Source: Octopus sinensis (taxonomy: Eukaryota). Taken from it: DNA of 64,000 bases. How positions within the stretch are numbered: position 1 is the first letter of the stretch; each line of letters opens with the position of its first letter. Below the pieces are notes generated by a model, which saw nothing but the letters and a program-made list of their open reading frames with translations, did not search any database and was not told the origin of the DNA. Location: contig NC_043014.1 of NCBI RefSeq assembly GCF_006345805.1, positions 33,418,001 through 33,482,000 of the forward strand, read 5' to 3'. Shown one piece after another: positions 51,400 through 63,014 of this stretch. The translations under genes and the position numbers were made by a program.

Positions 51400-52959
51400 C
51401 TTGGATGTTGTTTCTAGCAGGCCAAACAACCAAATAGAGGCCATTTTTCTTTTTGGTACTTTTAGCTAAAAATATTAAATTCTTGGCCAACCATGTTTAT
51501 AGTCTGCTTTTTAAATTCCAATTTGGAAATATTGCATTAATTTTGAGATTTACAGAACAGGAGCCAAAAGATAAGAGATAAGGAAAGATAAGAAATGAAT
51601 GCATGCTTGTCTAATACATTGCATTCTGGATGTGGTGGGCATTCACATTATTTTAACATTCCATGAGAAAAGCATCATCAATCACATGCTTAAACTGAAT
51701 CACATAGTTGAATGGCATTCTCAACAGGTATAAAATTCATGCTGCATGCCTACACTAGACTGAATTGATGAATGCATGCTTAAACTGAATGGCAGATTTA
51801 TATTCTGCATGTATTTAGTATTAATATTGCTTTGACATTCAATAAAAAGAACATCAATGAATGCATGCTTAAACTTTATATTGTATTCATTAAAGTTCAA
51901 TCATGTATTAATCAACGCTCATGAAATATGAACACTACATGAAAATAGCATTTATATTTGAAGAGAAGTACATTGGTCAATGCATGGTTGAACTTTGCAC
52001 TGAAATAGAATGTATTTATCATTAACATTACATAAGCATTGTAAATCTCAGTTCTTTATACTACAGCAAAAGGCAATCTGGTATTATAATTTAGACACTC
52101 TGTCTCCACCATAGGAAAAAAAAACCCTGTTAATAAGTATGTCTATTTTAGACACAAGGACACATACAAAGAGATGGATTGAGATCAGTTAAATACATTG
52201 TACCAATAGTTGACTAATACTTTATTTATTTTCTTAATTGCTTCTAACATGATTTGAACTCCAAATATGAAGAGAAAGAATCAAAATACTGCAAGGTATT
52301 TGATCTGTTGCTCTACCAACTCTTCAATTAATTACTCTCACATTTGAACAATAACAGTAAAATCTTTAGTTTTGATACAAGATCAATATTGGGAGTGAGC
52401 GACCAGTTGAGTGAACCTCGGTATCTGCGCTTTGTATTTTACCAACACTCAGACAAGCTGAAAAACAAAATGACTTGTGAAAGGATTTGAAATCAGTAAA
52501 AGTAAAGCTTAGCACTGATTGCTGTATTACTACAAAAATAATAATCTTTTCTACTAAGGGCACAAGGCCTGAAATTTTTGACGGGTGGGATTAGTTGATT
52601 ACATCAATCCCAGTGCTCAACTAATATTTATTTTATCAATTCTGAAAGGATGAAAATAAAGTTGACTTTGGTGGAATTTGAACTCAGAACATAAAGGTGG
52701 ATGAACGGCCACTAAGCATTTTGTTCAATGTGCAAACATACAATAATTTTAATAATAATAATAATAATAATGATTTTAATAATAATAATAATGATAATAA
52801 TGATAATAAATAACAAAACCAAATATATGGCACCCTAGGCATAACACCAACATGAACTTCCAACTTGTTGTCTCTTGAGGTCTCTGGGTGAGACTTGAAG
52901 CCAACTTGTACAAATGTAAAGCAAAAGTCAAACATAAAATAATAATAATAATAACAATA

Positions 52960-53205
52960 ATGATAATAACTGAAGAGAAAGAACAAAAAGTGAACAACTA
53001 TGATGAATTGAAATGGGAAATTTGCAGGTTATGGGCAATGAAAAAAGTGAATGTGATACCAATAGTGATTGGCACACTTGGAAGTATCAGTACCCAACTA
53101 CCAATGAGGCCCAAAAAGATTGGAACAGATGTAAAGATAGAATACCCACAAAAATCATCATTGCTTGGAATTGCAAGGGTCTTCCGCAGGGTTCTTGAAG
53201 CATGA
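52960..53205 (+). mobile_element. RLE-type LINE extreme C-terminus
   Basis: EKEQKVNNYDELKWEICRLWAMKKVNVIPIVIGTLG...QKSSLLGIARVFRRVLEA*, adjoining an AAT tract. Confidence 0.75.
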
Positions 53206-53655
53206 TCAGTAAACAAGTGTCACATTAGTCTGCTGGCTGAAGACAGCTGACACTTTCCATCATACTCAGCAAAACAAAGCTGAGATTTTTCATGATATGA
53301 TAATGATGATAATGTTTCTTCATATAGCAACAAGACCAGCAGTAGCAGAGAGGGAGAGTAGTCAACCACATCAAGTGTAAGACCTGTGTGTCATTTATTT
53401 TATATGGTAATTTTGGAATAATGTCATTGGATATTCTTTTCTAAATGTTGATTACACACACATATATATATCTAAAAGTGTGTGTGTGTGTGTACACATA
53501 TTATAGACATACAAAACATGCCTACATTGCATGGCATCTTGGGCAAGTGTCTTCTACTACAACCCTAGTTTGACATAAAGCATTGCAAGTGGATTTGGAA
53601 AATGGATATTGGAAGTAGCCTGTCATGCATGTGTATCTGTGTGTGTGTATGTATG

Positions 53656-53700
<45 letters not shown>

Positions 53701-53769
53701 TATATATTATATATATATATATAAACAAATATATATATACACACACATACATTTGTATAAATAAAATGG

Positions 53770-54170
53770 GATGTAAGAGTTGCAAGTGATGGTACAGTGA
53801 TGCACCAACTCCAGTATTCAGTCCTTAGAAGAGGAGAGATTGGTAGAAAAACCAAACTTACTATCTTCAATTCAGTTTGATGTCTATCCTTACCTATGCC
53901 CATGAATGTTGGGTAATGGAGTGAGAGAGCACAATCAGAAATAGAGATGGCCAAAATGGGGTTCCTCTGAAGTGTCTCTGGAGTAACATTACTTGACAGG
54001 GTGCTTGGCTTGGAGATCAGGGAGTTTCTCCAGGTTGAGCTGTTATCTCTCCACATTGACAGATCACAGCACCAGTGTTAAGGACATGTGATTATAATGT
54101 TGCAAGAGAGAGTCACAAAACAGATTCTCCAAGTTGAGCCAACCAGTACAAGATCTTGGTGCAGACCAAA
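53770..54170 (+). mobile_element. RTE (Expander-like) LINE fragment
   Basis: ILTYAHECWVM, AKMGFL.SVSGVTLLDRV...EIREFL motifs in broken frames. Confidence 0.65.
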
Positions 54171-54822
54171 AAAGCAAAATGATTGGATAATATCCATTGT
54201 TTCAGTTAGTTATGCTTGGAAATCCATCTAGAAAGTCTATTCTTTTCTTTTACCTGTTTCAGTCATTTGACTGTGGCCATGCTGGAGCACCACCTTTAGT
54301 CGAGCAGATCGACCCCAGGACTTATTCTTTGTAAGCCTAGTATTTATTCTATCAGTCTCTTTTGCCGAACCGCTAAATTACGGGGACGTAAACACACCCA
54401 GCATCGGTTGTTAAGCGATGTTGGGAGGGGGGGCAAATACAGACACACACATACATATACATATACACATATATATACGATGGGCTTCTTTCAGTTTCCG
54501 TCTACCAAATCCACTCACAAGGCTCGAGGCTATAGTAGAAGACACTTGCCCAAGGTGCCACGCAGTGGGAATGAACCCAGAACCATGTGGTTGGTAAGCA
54601 AGCTACTTACCACACAGCCACTCCTGTGCCTAAAATCTAGTAACAGTTGCTTCTGATAGACCCTATGGACTTGATGCCTGAGAACTCTACATCCATGACC
54701 CTCTCAAGAATAGTGGGCAGAGAAGATGGATGGACAACCATGATTGAAAAAGTTTTGATCATAGGTCTGATTGATTAGAACTGATCTGGGATTAAACAAC
54801 AACAATAACAAATGCAGCTCAC

Positions 54823-54960
54823 CTCGCAAGTGCAGTAAAGGCCTCAGGGTAGTTGTCAGGATCTTCAAACATAGTCCAGTAGGAATGTTCCTGTAGGTAG
54901 CTGGTGACGTCCTTCAGGTTTGCCCTCTCCAATAGCATTCCAAAAGCTTTCACTACGAGG
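54823..54960 (-). CDS. MROH1: MROH1 coding exon, 138 nt, phase 2-2
   Basis: ttacag|C CTC...AG|gtgagc; LVVKAFGMLLERANLKDVTSYLQEHSYWTMFEDPDNYPEAFTALA(R). Confidence 0.88.
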
Positions 54961-55376
54961 CTGTAATAAAATATTGCGAAGGTATTCTTTATTTCATTAT
55001 AACAGGTATAATATGGCTGAGTAAAAGATTGATTAGTTTGTGAGTAGTTAATAAAATAAAGCAGTGTTTCCATTTCATCTGGTGTATATGTATACATGTG
55101 TATATATATATTTATATATATATCATCACCTTAAAAAATATCAATAATAATAATTTTTTTCCACTACAGGAACAGGGCCTGAATTTTGTGGGGAAGGGGC
55201 TGGTAGATTACGTTGATCCTAGTGCTTGACTGGCAATTATTTTATTGACCCCAAAATGATGGGATTTGAACTCAGAATGTAGAGAGCCAGAAGAAATACT
55301 GCTAAGCATTTTATCCAATATTATGATTCTGCCAGCTCACCACCTTACATCATCATCATCATAATAATAATAACAA

Positions 55377-55405
<29 letters not shown>

Positions 55406-55407
<2 letters not shown>

Positions 55408-55730
55408 TTTCCTTCTTCAAATTTTTCTTCCATTTCTCACCAGGTGTTTTTCTGTACACCTAAGGCAGAGAAGCTCATTGTATGCATTCCCAGATTACAC
55501 ACGAAAATTCACAGTAACATATGTATTTAAAAAAAAAGTTAATAAATAAATAAATTCATGTGAAAACAACATCCATTCATGAATTTATTTATTTATTAAT
55601 GTTTTTAAATACATATTTTACCCGTGAATTTGTGTGTGTAATCTGGGAATGCATACAATGAGCTTCTCTGCTCTATGTGTACGGAAAACACTCGGCGAGA
55701 AATGGAAGAAAATTTGAAGAAAGAAGGAAA
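55406..55730. repeat. Foldback element, ~150-bp arms, 17-nt spacer
   Basis: 55406-55560 is inverted at 55578-55730; about 85-90% identity by eye. Confidence 0.92.
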
Positions 55731-55749
55731 AAAAAAAAAAATAATAATG

Positions 55750-56020
55750 AGTTTTGAATAACTCACCTCTGGAAACAAACCTTATTCAGGGATCTTTTGA
55801 GTGAGATGGGCTACTTGACCTGAAGAAAATTCTGATTGGGCCCCACTTGCAAGGTCATGCGCTGTTTATCTTTATATGAGATCACCATGCTGCACACATA
55901 TGATTGTGATGCATGAGCCTGGTATACCCTTATCAGACAGGTAATCATGCTGGGTATATTGGGCTTCGTATATTTTACCCCAGTGTCACTCTGATGACAT
56001 GCACTACTCTCTCACTCAAT
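55750..56020 (+). mobile_element. Truncated copy of the (AAT)n-embedded retroposon unit
   Basis: Aligns by eye to 41730-41970; ends ctctctcactcaatcataat. Confidence 0.65.
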
Positions 56021-56697
56021 CATAATCATAATAATAATGATGACGATAATTTCAAATTTTGATACAAGGCCAGTAATTTTGGTGGGAGTGGGGTAATTCA
56101 ATTACAGTGAGTCCAGTGCTCAAATGGTACTTACTGTATTGATCCCTAAAGAATGAAAGGCAAAGTCAGCCTCCGGAATGTAAAGAGCTGGAAGCAATAC
56201 TGTCAGGCATTTTGTCTGACACTCTAACAATTCTTCTTGTTCACTGCCTCTTCATAACAATAATGATAACTCTCTCTTATTTTGGCACATGGCCAGCAAT
56301 TCTGAGGAGAGGGGGCCAGTTGATTACACCAATTACAGTACTAGACTGGTACTATGTTCTATTGACCCTGAAAGACTGAAAGAGTAAGTTGACCTCAGTG
56401 GTCAACTTTGTCTTTCATAAAAACGTCACTATGGCAGTGAACAGCAGATACAATTGAGTGTTGGACTAAATACCTAATTGTAGTCATTTATGTCTGTGTG
56501 TTGAGTTCAGATCCCAATAGAGCCATTTTTATTTTCCCTTGATGAAATAAATATACCACCAGTCATGTATTAGTGCTGAGGTGATTCCCAAAATTCCCTC
56601 CCTAGTAGTTTTGTACCAATGCTTGCGATGAATGAATTATTTAAAAAAGTTGATGGAAATCATCAAAAAAAAAAAAAAAGGGAGAGTTGCTTTTTAC

Positions 56698-56759
56698 CTG
56701 CTGGGTTGAATAAATGAAATATTTCCAAGGGAAGACATTTTCCGAGGTTCATTGTCATT
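56698..56759 (-). CDS. MROH1: MROH1 short linker exon, 62 nt, phase 0-2
   Basis: ctacag|AAT...AG|gtaaaa; NDNEPRKMSSLGNISFIQPS(S); supplies exactly the phase change needed between the flanking exons. Confidence 0.8.
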
Positions 56760-57719
56760 CTGTAGAAATAGTTTGAAAAATTAAGAACAAAAAATTATTA
56801 ATCAATCAATATTTTCAATGTTAACATTTAACAATTATAAACATTAATCTGAGACAGAAATAAGCTCATTGATACTGGCTCCAATTCTCTTTTCTGACTC
56901 AAATTGAGTCACTAATGGCTCTTTTCTGAGAATTAGGGGAACCAAAATAATGTAGAATTAACTCTCTTTCCAGATGGTCAAGTATCTATTTCTGACAGAC
57001 TAACTGAACAGAAGTGTATATATAGAATCAAATATACTGCTCAATTAACTAATTAACAAAACACTTGCAATAGATATGAACTCATGATCTATGGGTTTGT
57101 AGTATGATACTATAACTATTTGGCCATTTCTCTGATGTACATCAGTCAAGAGGTTAGTTCCATGTCACAGATCAACTCAAATTAATTTGATTGGAGCAAC
57201 TAAAGAACAACAGAATTTGATCATAGTAACTGAATCTCTGTTAAACCATATCCTACAAGCTTAAAAGCAGAGAAAGACACATTAAATAATGTATTCCCAA
57301 ATATATTTAACCTATAGGCTATGAGTTCAAATCTACTTCATATACTTTGATGTCTAGTTCAGTAGTACACTTGATTTTATGTATGCTTTTCCTCAGTCAA
57401 TCTGCCAAGAAAAGGTATTAGGCCTGGAAAGAGACTTAATTCAACATTGCTTCAGCTCTCCTAATTGTCTATAATAAGTACTGCATTTCATTCTCATCAT
57501 CATCTTCATCATAGAGCATCTGTGTTCCATGCTGGCATGAGTTGAATGGTTTGGCAGGATCTACCAGGTCAGAGGTTTATGTCAAGATCTAGCATCCATT
57601 TTGACACTGTTTCTATGGTTGGAAGCCCTTCCTAATGCCAACCACTTTACAAAGTTTGCTGAGTGCTTTTTACATATTACCAGCACTAGTGAGGTTGCCA
57701 AGTAGCTTGCAAAACAAAA

Positions 57720-58080
57720 CCCCTTGATTAAGAGGTGGAGTATAATTTAAGACCCCTTTCGGTCACAAATAACCATGGGATTACACCTAGAAAGTTCCCC
57801 TCAGAGGTACAAGTCCAAGCAAGGTTATTTGTGGAAGACCAGCATTCACCCATGCATACCAATCTCCCCTCTCCACACCACTGATGTTGTCCAAGGAAAA
57901 GACAAAGGCTTGGCACCAGTGATGTTGCAACTCATTTCTACTGAGTGAACTGAAGTCATGTGAAATAAAGTGTTTTGCTCAAGAGCACAACACAGCCTGG
58001 TCCGAGTACTGAACTTACAATCTAATGATTGTAAGCCCGATGCCCTAATCACTGAGCTATGCATCTTCACCAGGGTACAA
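57720..58080 (-). mobile_element. tRNA-derived SINE family D
   Basis: Reverse head with ttgctcaagagcacaa; related pieces at about 12620-12770 and 18560-18780. Confidence 0.6.
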
Positions 58081-58358
58081 TATTGATGCATATAATAAAT
58101 GCCAGGTGTTGAGAGGTAAGAGTATGATAGAAGGATAGGAACAGATGTCTTGCTGCAAAAGAGATAGTAGGAATGCCCTTGATCATAAGTTTGCTCAGTG
58201 AAGTTGGCCAAGGGTTAAACAACAACAACAGCAGTATCACCACTGTATAAGATGTTTTTAACACATGCAGTAAATAGCTTAGTTTTGGTTTCATTTTAAT
58301 TATAAATAATAGAATCAGTTACAAATTAAAACCAAAAAGTCAGAGGGCATACACTTAC

Positions 58359-58496
58359 AGGTGTGGATCTTGGAGGTTTCGCACCGGCAAGTGATCCAAC
58401 AATCAATATCATGGCCGAGAAGAGTCTGTGGAATTGGTCAATGACAACACTTTCAGTCTGTGCCACTGTCAACATCTGCTCAAATGCACACATGAT
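58359..58496 (-). CDS. MROH1: MROH1 coding exon, 138 nt, phase 0-0
   Basis: tttcag|ATC...CCT|gtaagt; IMCAFEQMLTVAQTESVVIDQFHRLFSAMILIVGSLAGAKPPRSTP. Confidence 0.88.
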
Positions 58497-58984
58497 CTGA
58501 AATATGGAAAGTAAGAAGTATATACATTGTTGACTTCATAATAATTTAGAAACTGAAAAATCATGAAATATTTCTTTTTGGGATGGTGAAACTTGAAGCA
58601 GATAAAGCTATACATTATAGTGTGTAAATATTGGGTTAAAAAAGTCTTTCGATTGAAACTGCTGAAGGTTGCTAGTGTGGCAATGTTAGAATGTCTATCA
58701 TGTTTTTACAGATGTGGGTTCAAGTCCCATGGATAGCGTTCAACCTTTTTTTACCCCAAAGTTTTTTAAAACCAAAGTTTTACATACCGTTATTTATAGT
58801 TTTATCTGCTTCAAGTTTCATAATTCCAAAACAGAAAATATAAATGCTTTTAGTGAAACAATGTAATAAAACTGATGGGTGTAGAAGATGGCTTTTCGAG
58901 ATGACATAGAATTTTAGATATGATTAGATAATGATAGTTTTGTGCCTCAGAAAGTTGATAAATCAAAAGCTAAAAGGCTTGATT

Positions 58985-59422
58985 AACACAGAAAGTAGAC
59001 GAGTCAAATTGCTTGCAATTAATTCACAGAAGTTGGGCTAATCAAAAGGTAAGATATTCTTCCAAAGAAAATGAACCAATGAAATAAGTAGAATCTGATT
59101 CACACAAAACAGAGAAATTAAGTAGTTTGTAAGTGATCATAAAAAAAAAAGGACCAATCAAATAGCTAGAAATTCATTTGTAGAAAATGAATCAATGAAA
59201 TTGCTCACAAATTTTTTGGGGAAAATGAACTAGTCAAATGGTTAGAAATCGATATAGAAAATGAATCAATCAAATGAATAATAAACAATGCACAGAAAAT
59301 GGATTAAATGAAATTGGGGAGTATCTTAGAACATGGATCAATCAGAAAACTAGAAATTGATTCACAGAAAATGGACCAATGAAGGGTCAAATAAATGACT
59401 CACAGAAAGTGGACCAATCAAA
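58985..59422. repeat. Degenerate ~38-bp minisatellite in register with an exon/donor junction
   Basis: cacagaaa(a/g)tggaccaat(c/g)aaa-like units at about 58987, 59025, 59063, 59101, 59291, 59363 and 59401. Confidence 0.8.
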
Positions 59423-59560
59423 GCATAGTGGGTTGATTCTTTATTATCCGTTCGCTCCTCATAGGGTCGCTGGGCAAGGAGATTTTCCAACAGCTGGTCA
59501 ACAATAGTAGTTACAAGCTGTGGATCTTCAGCCAAACAACACCAGATGGCACAAATGTTG
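59404..59560 (-). CDS. MROH1: MROH1 coding exon, 157 nt, phase 2-0
   Basis: tttcag|C AAC...TCT|gtgagt; NICAIWCCLAEDPQLVTTIVDQLLENLLAQRPYEERTDNKESTHYALIGPLS; overlaps ORF 59362-59583. Confidence 0.9.
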
Positions 59561-60529
59561 CTGAAAATAAAAAGAAGCCACAAAAAATGTCATTAGTTAA
59601 TTAAATTGTTTATTAAAATTTTTTTTTTTCTTTGAATGATTATTTTCTTTTTTTTTTTGCAATCCTTACATGAAACTTAGCAGATATGAAAACTGATGAA
59701 ATCAGCAATCTGTGTCATTTGTATGGAGATTCTGTTATAGTTTTTACTGGTTTCAAGTAGTTGGATAGTGGCCAAACTGGAGCACCATCAACTTCAGTAT
59801 TTATAAACTTTTAGCAAATTTAGAATAAAGGAAGGCAATTTTGGGTGAGAACTGTACTCAGAACATTGGCAAAATACTAAATATCTTCATTTCATATTCA
59901 GTAATTCTTCAGACTAGTTTCAGTTCTTGGACTGTACCCAAGCCAGGGTACTGTCTTCAAGGGAATGGTTAAAATATATCAGCTCTCAGTACATGTAGTA
60001 CCTCACACCTACCAAATAAACTGCAATACTTAACATGTAAGTTCAATCCCTAGGTTAGTTAATCCACATATACTCAGTTTCAGGGCTATAAGATGAGGAG
60101 GGATTTGGCTGCACGGAAAACGGACGTTAAACAATGATCATTCCAGGACCTAGAGAGTCAAAGAGGGACTATGGATAATAATAGGTCCTGCTCTATAAAA
60201 GAAAAAAAAAACCTTGCAAAATAAGCAAATGGTATCAGAAGTATGAGAATAAGTAGTACAAAAATATCCCTGGTATGGTCAACAAAAGAGAACAATTTTC
60301 TCCAGTGATTAGGATTCAGTTTGAAATTCTGAGAATATAAGGCACAGGTGTGATTGTGCAGTAAGAGGTTTGCTTCTCAGCCACATGATTTTGGGTTCAG
60401 TTCCACTGTGTGACACCTTGGGAGAATGTCTTCTTCCAGAACCTGAGTCTGACCAGAGCCTTGTGAGTGGACTTGGTAGACTCAAACTGAAAGAAGTCCA
60501 TCGTATATACAAATATATATATATATGAG

Positions 60530-60869
60530 TAAAACGACCACCGTCCAATGGATGGTGCCGAGTTGTCAAACATTTAAACCAAATTTTCTCAAAACATCTT
60601 GTCCTCCCCTTTGAGAAACACTGATTTAACCTAAATTTGAGACACCAGCAAAAGACAGATTTCGACTGATGTACTTGCGCATACAAATGCACGTTCCCAC
60701 GGCTTTATCGATCGCATTCTCACCTGGAATCGATTTTTGTAACTTTTTCAAGACTTATACATGCCCTGATACCGTCGGTATCTACATATCAAATTTGAGC
60801 ACAATCGGATGGAGGATGCCCGAGATCCTAGAAGACACACACACATACACAGACAGACAGAAAGGATTT

Positions 60870-60885
<16 letters not shown>
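60530..60885 (+). mobile_element. Helitron/HINE-like element, 3' portion
   Basis: caaatttgagcacaatcggatg...acagacagacag...ttttatata terminus typical of DINE-1/HINE-like elements. Confidence 0.5.
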
Positions 60886-60907
<22 letters not shown>

Positions 60908-61133
60908 TGCTGCAGCATACTGGTTGCGGAGCACTGGTGTATAATAGTGATAATACTACAGTTCAGAAATTCAGAGGGGAAAAAAAACAACCCAGAATCT
61001 ACAAAAGCAGTCAGAGAGTTCTGGGTCCCATAGTCCTCAACTCCAAAAATCTGTTTAGATTCTAAAACACACACATAAAGAAATATTTTAAAAAATGAAT
61101 AAGAAAGGTAATAAATAACAATTGCTCACTTAC

Positions 61134-61288
61134 GTGTCATAAGGTATTGGATAAGCTAAAAGACACTTCAGGGCTACAGGAAGGTGTTGTGAAATGACAG
61201 TTCGTAGGGCTCTTAAGGTCCCAGTTCGTGATTGTGGGTGTTGAATATATTCAAGGCGTTGGTGTAATGTCTCTATAATAGTGCTAAC
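61134..61288 (-). CDS. MROH1: MROH1 coding exon, 155 nt, phase 0-2
   Basis: ttgaag|GTT...AC|gtaagt; VSTIIETLHQRLEYIQHPQSRTGTLRALRTVISQHLPVALKCLLAYPIPYD(T); not in the ORF track. Confidence 0.88.
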
Positions 61289-61619
61289 CTTCAATGAGAA
61301 AATAATATTTTATATAATTACTCAAAAATATGAGACATGAGAGGGGGAGGGAGGAGGGAGAGAGAGGAGGGAGAGAGGGAGGAGGAAGAGAGAGGAGAGA
61401 GAGAGGTAGGAGGAAGAGAGAGAGGAGGGAGAGAGAGAGAGAGAAAGAGACAGACAGACAGATGGAAGGAAGGAATAACAGATGATATTTTTCTTCTGAA
61501 TTGTATTATTTATAAAATATATTATTTACTGTTAATATATTATCATTCACTATTACTACACTAATATTATTGTTAAAAAGAATAAATTATTAAAAAGATT
61601 ATTATTATTATTATTAAGG

Positions 61620-62490
61620 CACCTGGAGAGGCAAATCCATGCTGTCCAACAGTGTCACGGGGCACTGGACAGATAGTCCCGTTAAGTTGCTCAGATTCTG
61701 GTTTGGTCTAGACCTCCAAGTGGAGAAAAACTGGGACGAGGTGATGAGCAGGGTAGCCAATCTCAGGCAGAAATGAGCCAAGAAAAAGCTGTTCCTGAAA
61801 GGTCGAGTGGAGGTGGCAAATGCATACTTTGCTTGACCATCGACCTTTGTCCCATTTGCTGGTTGACCAAGCTGGTGCGCTTACTCTTCCACTTTCTGTG
61901 GAAGAGGTGTGTTCCATTTGTCAGGCACTCCATCTCCTGTCAACAGCAGCTGAATGGAGGGCTGGGCATGTTGTGGTTACTGATGTGCAGAAATGCGCTC
62001 AGGCTACGACATCTCCAGTGTTTCTTTGATGGTGAGCAGGTGTAGTCACCTTTGACAGGCATACTTTTCCACAACTTGTCTCTTTGACTGAGCTGCAAAC
62101 CTGGATTAGGCATAGACCAAAGAGGGGCACTTGGCATCTCAAGTGCTGTCAAGTGCTCACAGCCCTCTGCCTGGTGGGCAATGTGGTTGATAGTGGTGCC
62201 ACTCTATCGTTCTATAGAGCGCTAGTGGAGGGAAAGTGGGTGTTGATGAAAATCAACTAACCAGTCCGTTTTAGAGAACTTTTGGGCCTGGGCTTATGGG
62301 AAACTTCAAGAAATCCCTTGCCTGGCAGTGCTACAAGGGGAGCTGCCTGTTTGGGATAAACTTTATAGGCACGGAAGTGCCGTCAGCCAGGCCTGCCCAA
62401 GGTGTGCCCAGAACAATGAAACCATTCTGCACACTCTAGTCCAGTGCCTGAGAATTGCTGACCTGTGGGTTTATGTCGAATCTGGCTGAA
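61620..62490 (+). mobile_element. L1/Tx1-clade LINE ORF2 C-terminal fragment
   Basis: TWRGKSML...WTDSPVKLLRFWFGLDLQVEKNWDEV...LKGRVEVAN; CCHC-type CPRC..NETILHTLVQC near 62395-62450. Confidence 0.75.
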
Positions 62491-62861
62491 GGGCATAGGC
62501 CAAGATAATAGTCACCAATCCATGTTAGCACTAGTCTAAGCAAGGTTGCCAGACTCTGGCAACCTTGATTACCATTGATTATCAACCCATTTCTCCTTTA
62601 TAGGGGTTGATAATAACAACAAGAACAGCAACAAAAACTACAATAATAATGGTTTCAAATCTTGACACAAGGCCAGCAATATGGGGGAGAGGGTAAGTCG
62701 AGAAAACAAGTACCCAAGTGATTTTGGTGGAATTTGAACTCAGAATGTTAAGACAGACAAAATGCTGTTAAACATTTTGCCCAGTGTGCTGACAGTTCTG
62801 TCAGCTCACTGCCTTAACAACTATGATAAAATGAAAAGCATTTTGTGACTGTGAAACTTAC

Positions 62862-63014
62862 ATCTTCTCGAAGCTCTCGTCCTCGTTGTTTCATTAAGCT
62901 GGTTAACATGACACAGGAACCGGAAGAACTGTGAGCCATGTTGTCTACCAAGCCTTCTTCTAAAACACTCAAGAAGGACATCAGTTGTGTTTTGGGAAGC
63001 TTTTTGGCTACGAC
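62862..63014 (-). CDS. MROH1: MROH1 internal coding exon (first in window), 153 nt, phase 0-0
   Basis: ttacag|GTC...GAT|gtaagt; encodes VVAKKLPKTQLMSFLSVLEEGLVDNMAHSSSGSCVMLTSLMKQRGRELRED, resembling the MROH1 HEAT region from memory; joins the next exon in frame. Confidence 0.9.

Noticed and set aside
51590-51990. Cluster of gaatgcatgcttaaact motifs (GCAUG, RBFOX-like)
   Set aside because: Best explained as a degenerate local repeat about 2 kb from the nearest exon; no alternative exon nearby.
55761-55780. Apparent tiny exon ccag-ag-gtgagt on the sense strand
   Set aside because: It is part of the dispersed AAT-associated repeat (same motif near 1990-2010); a 2-nt exon is implausible.
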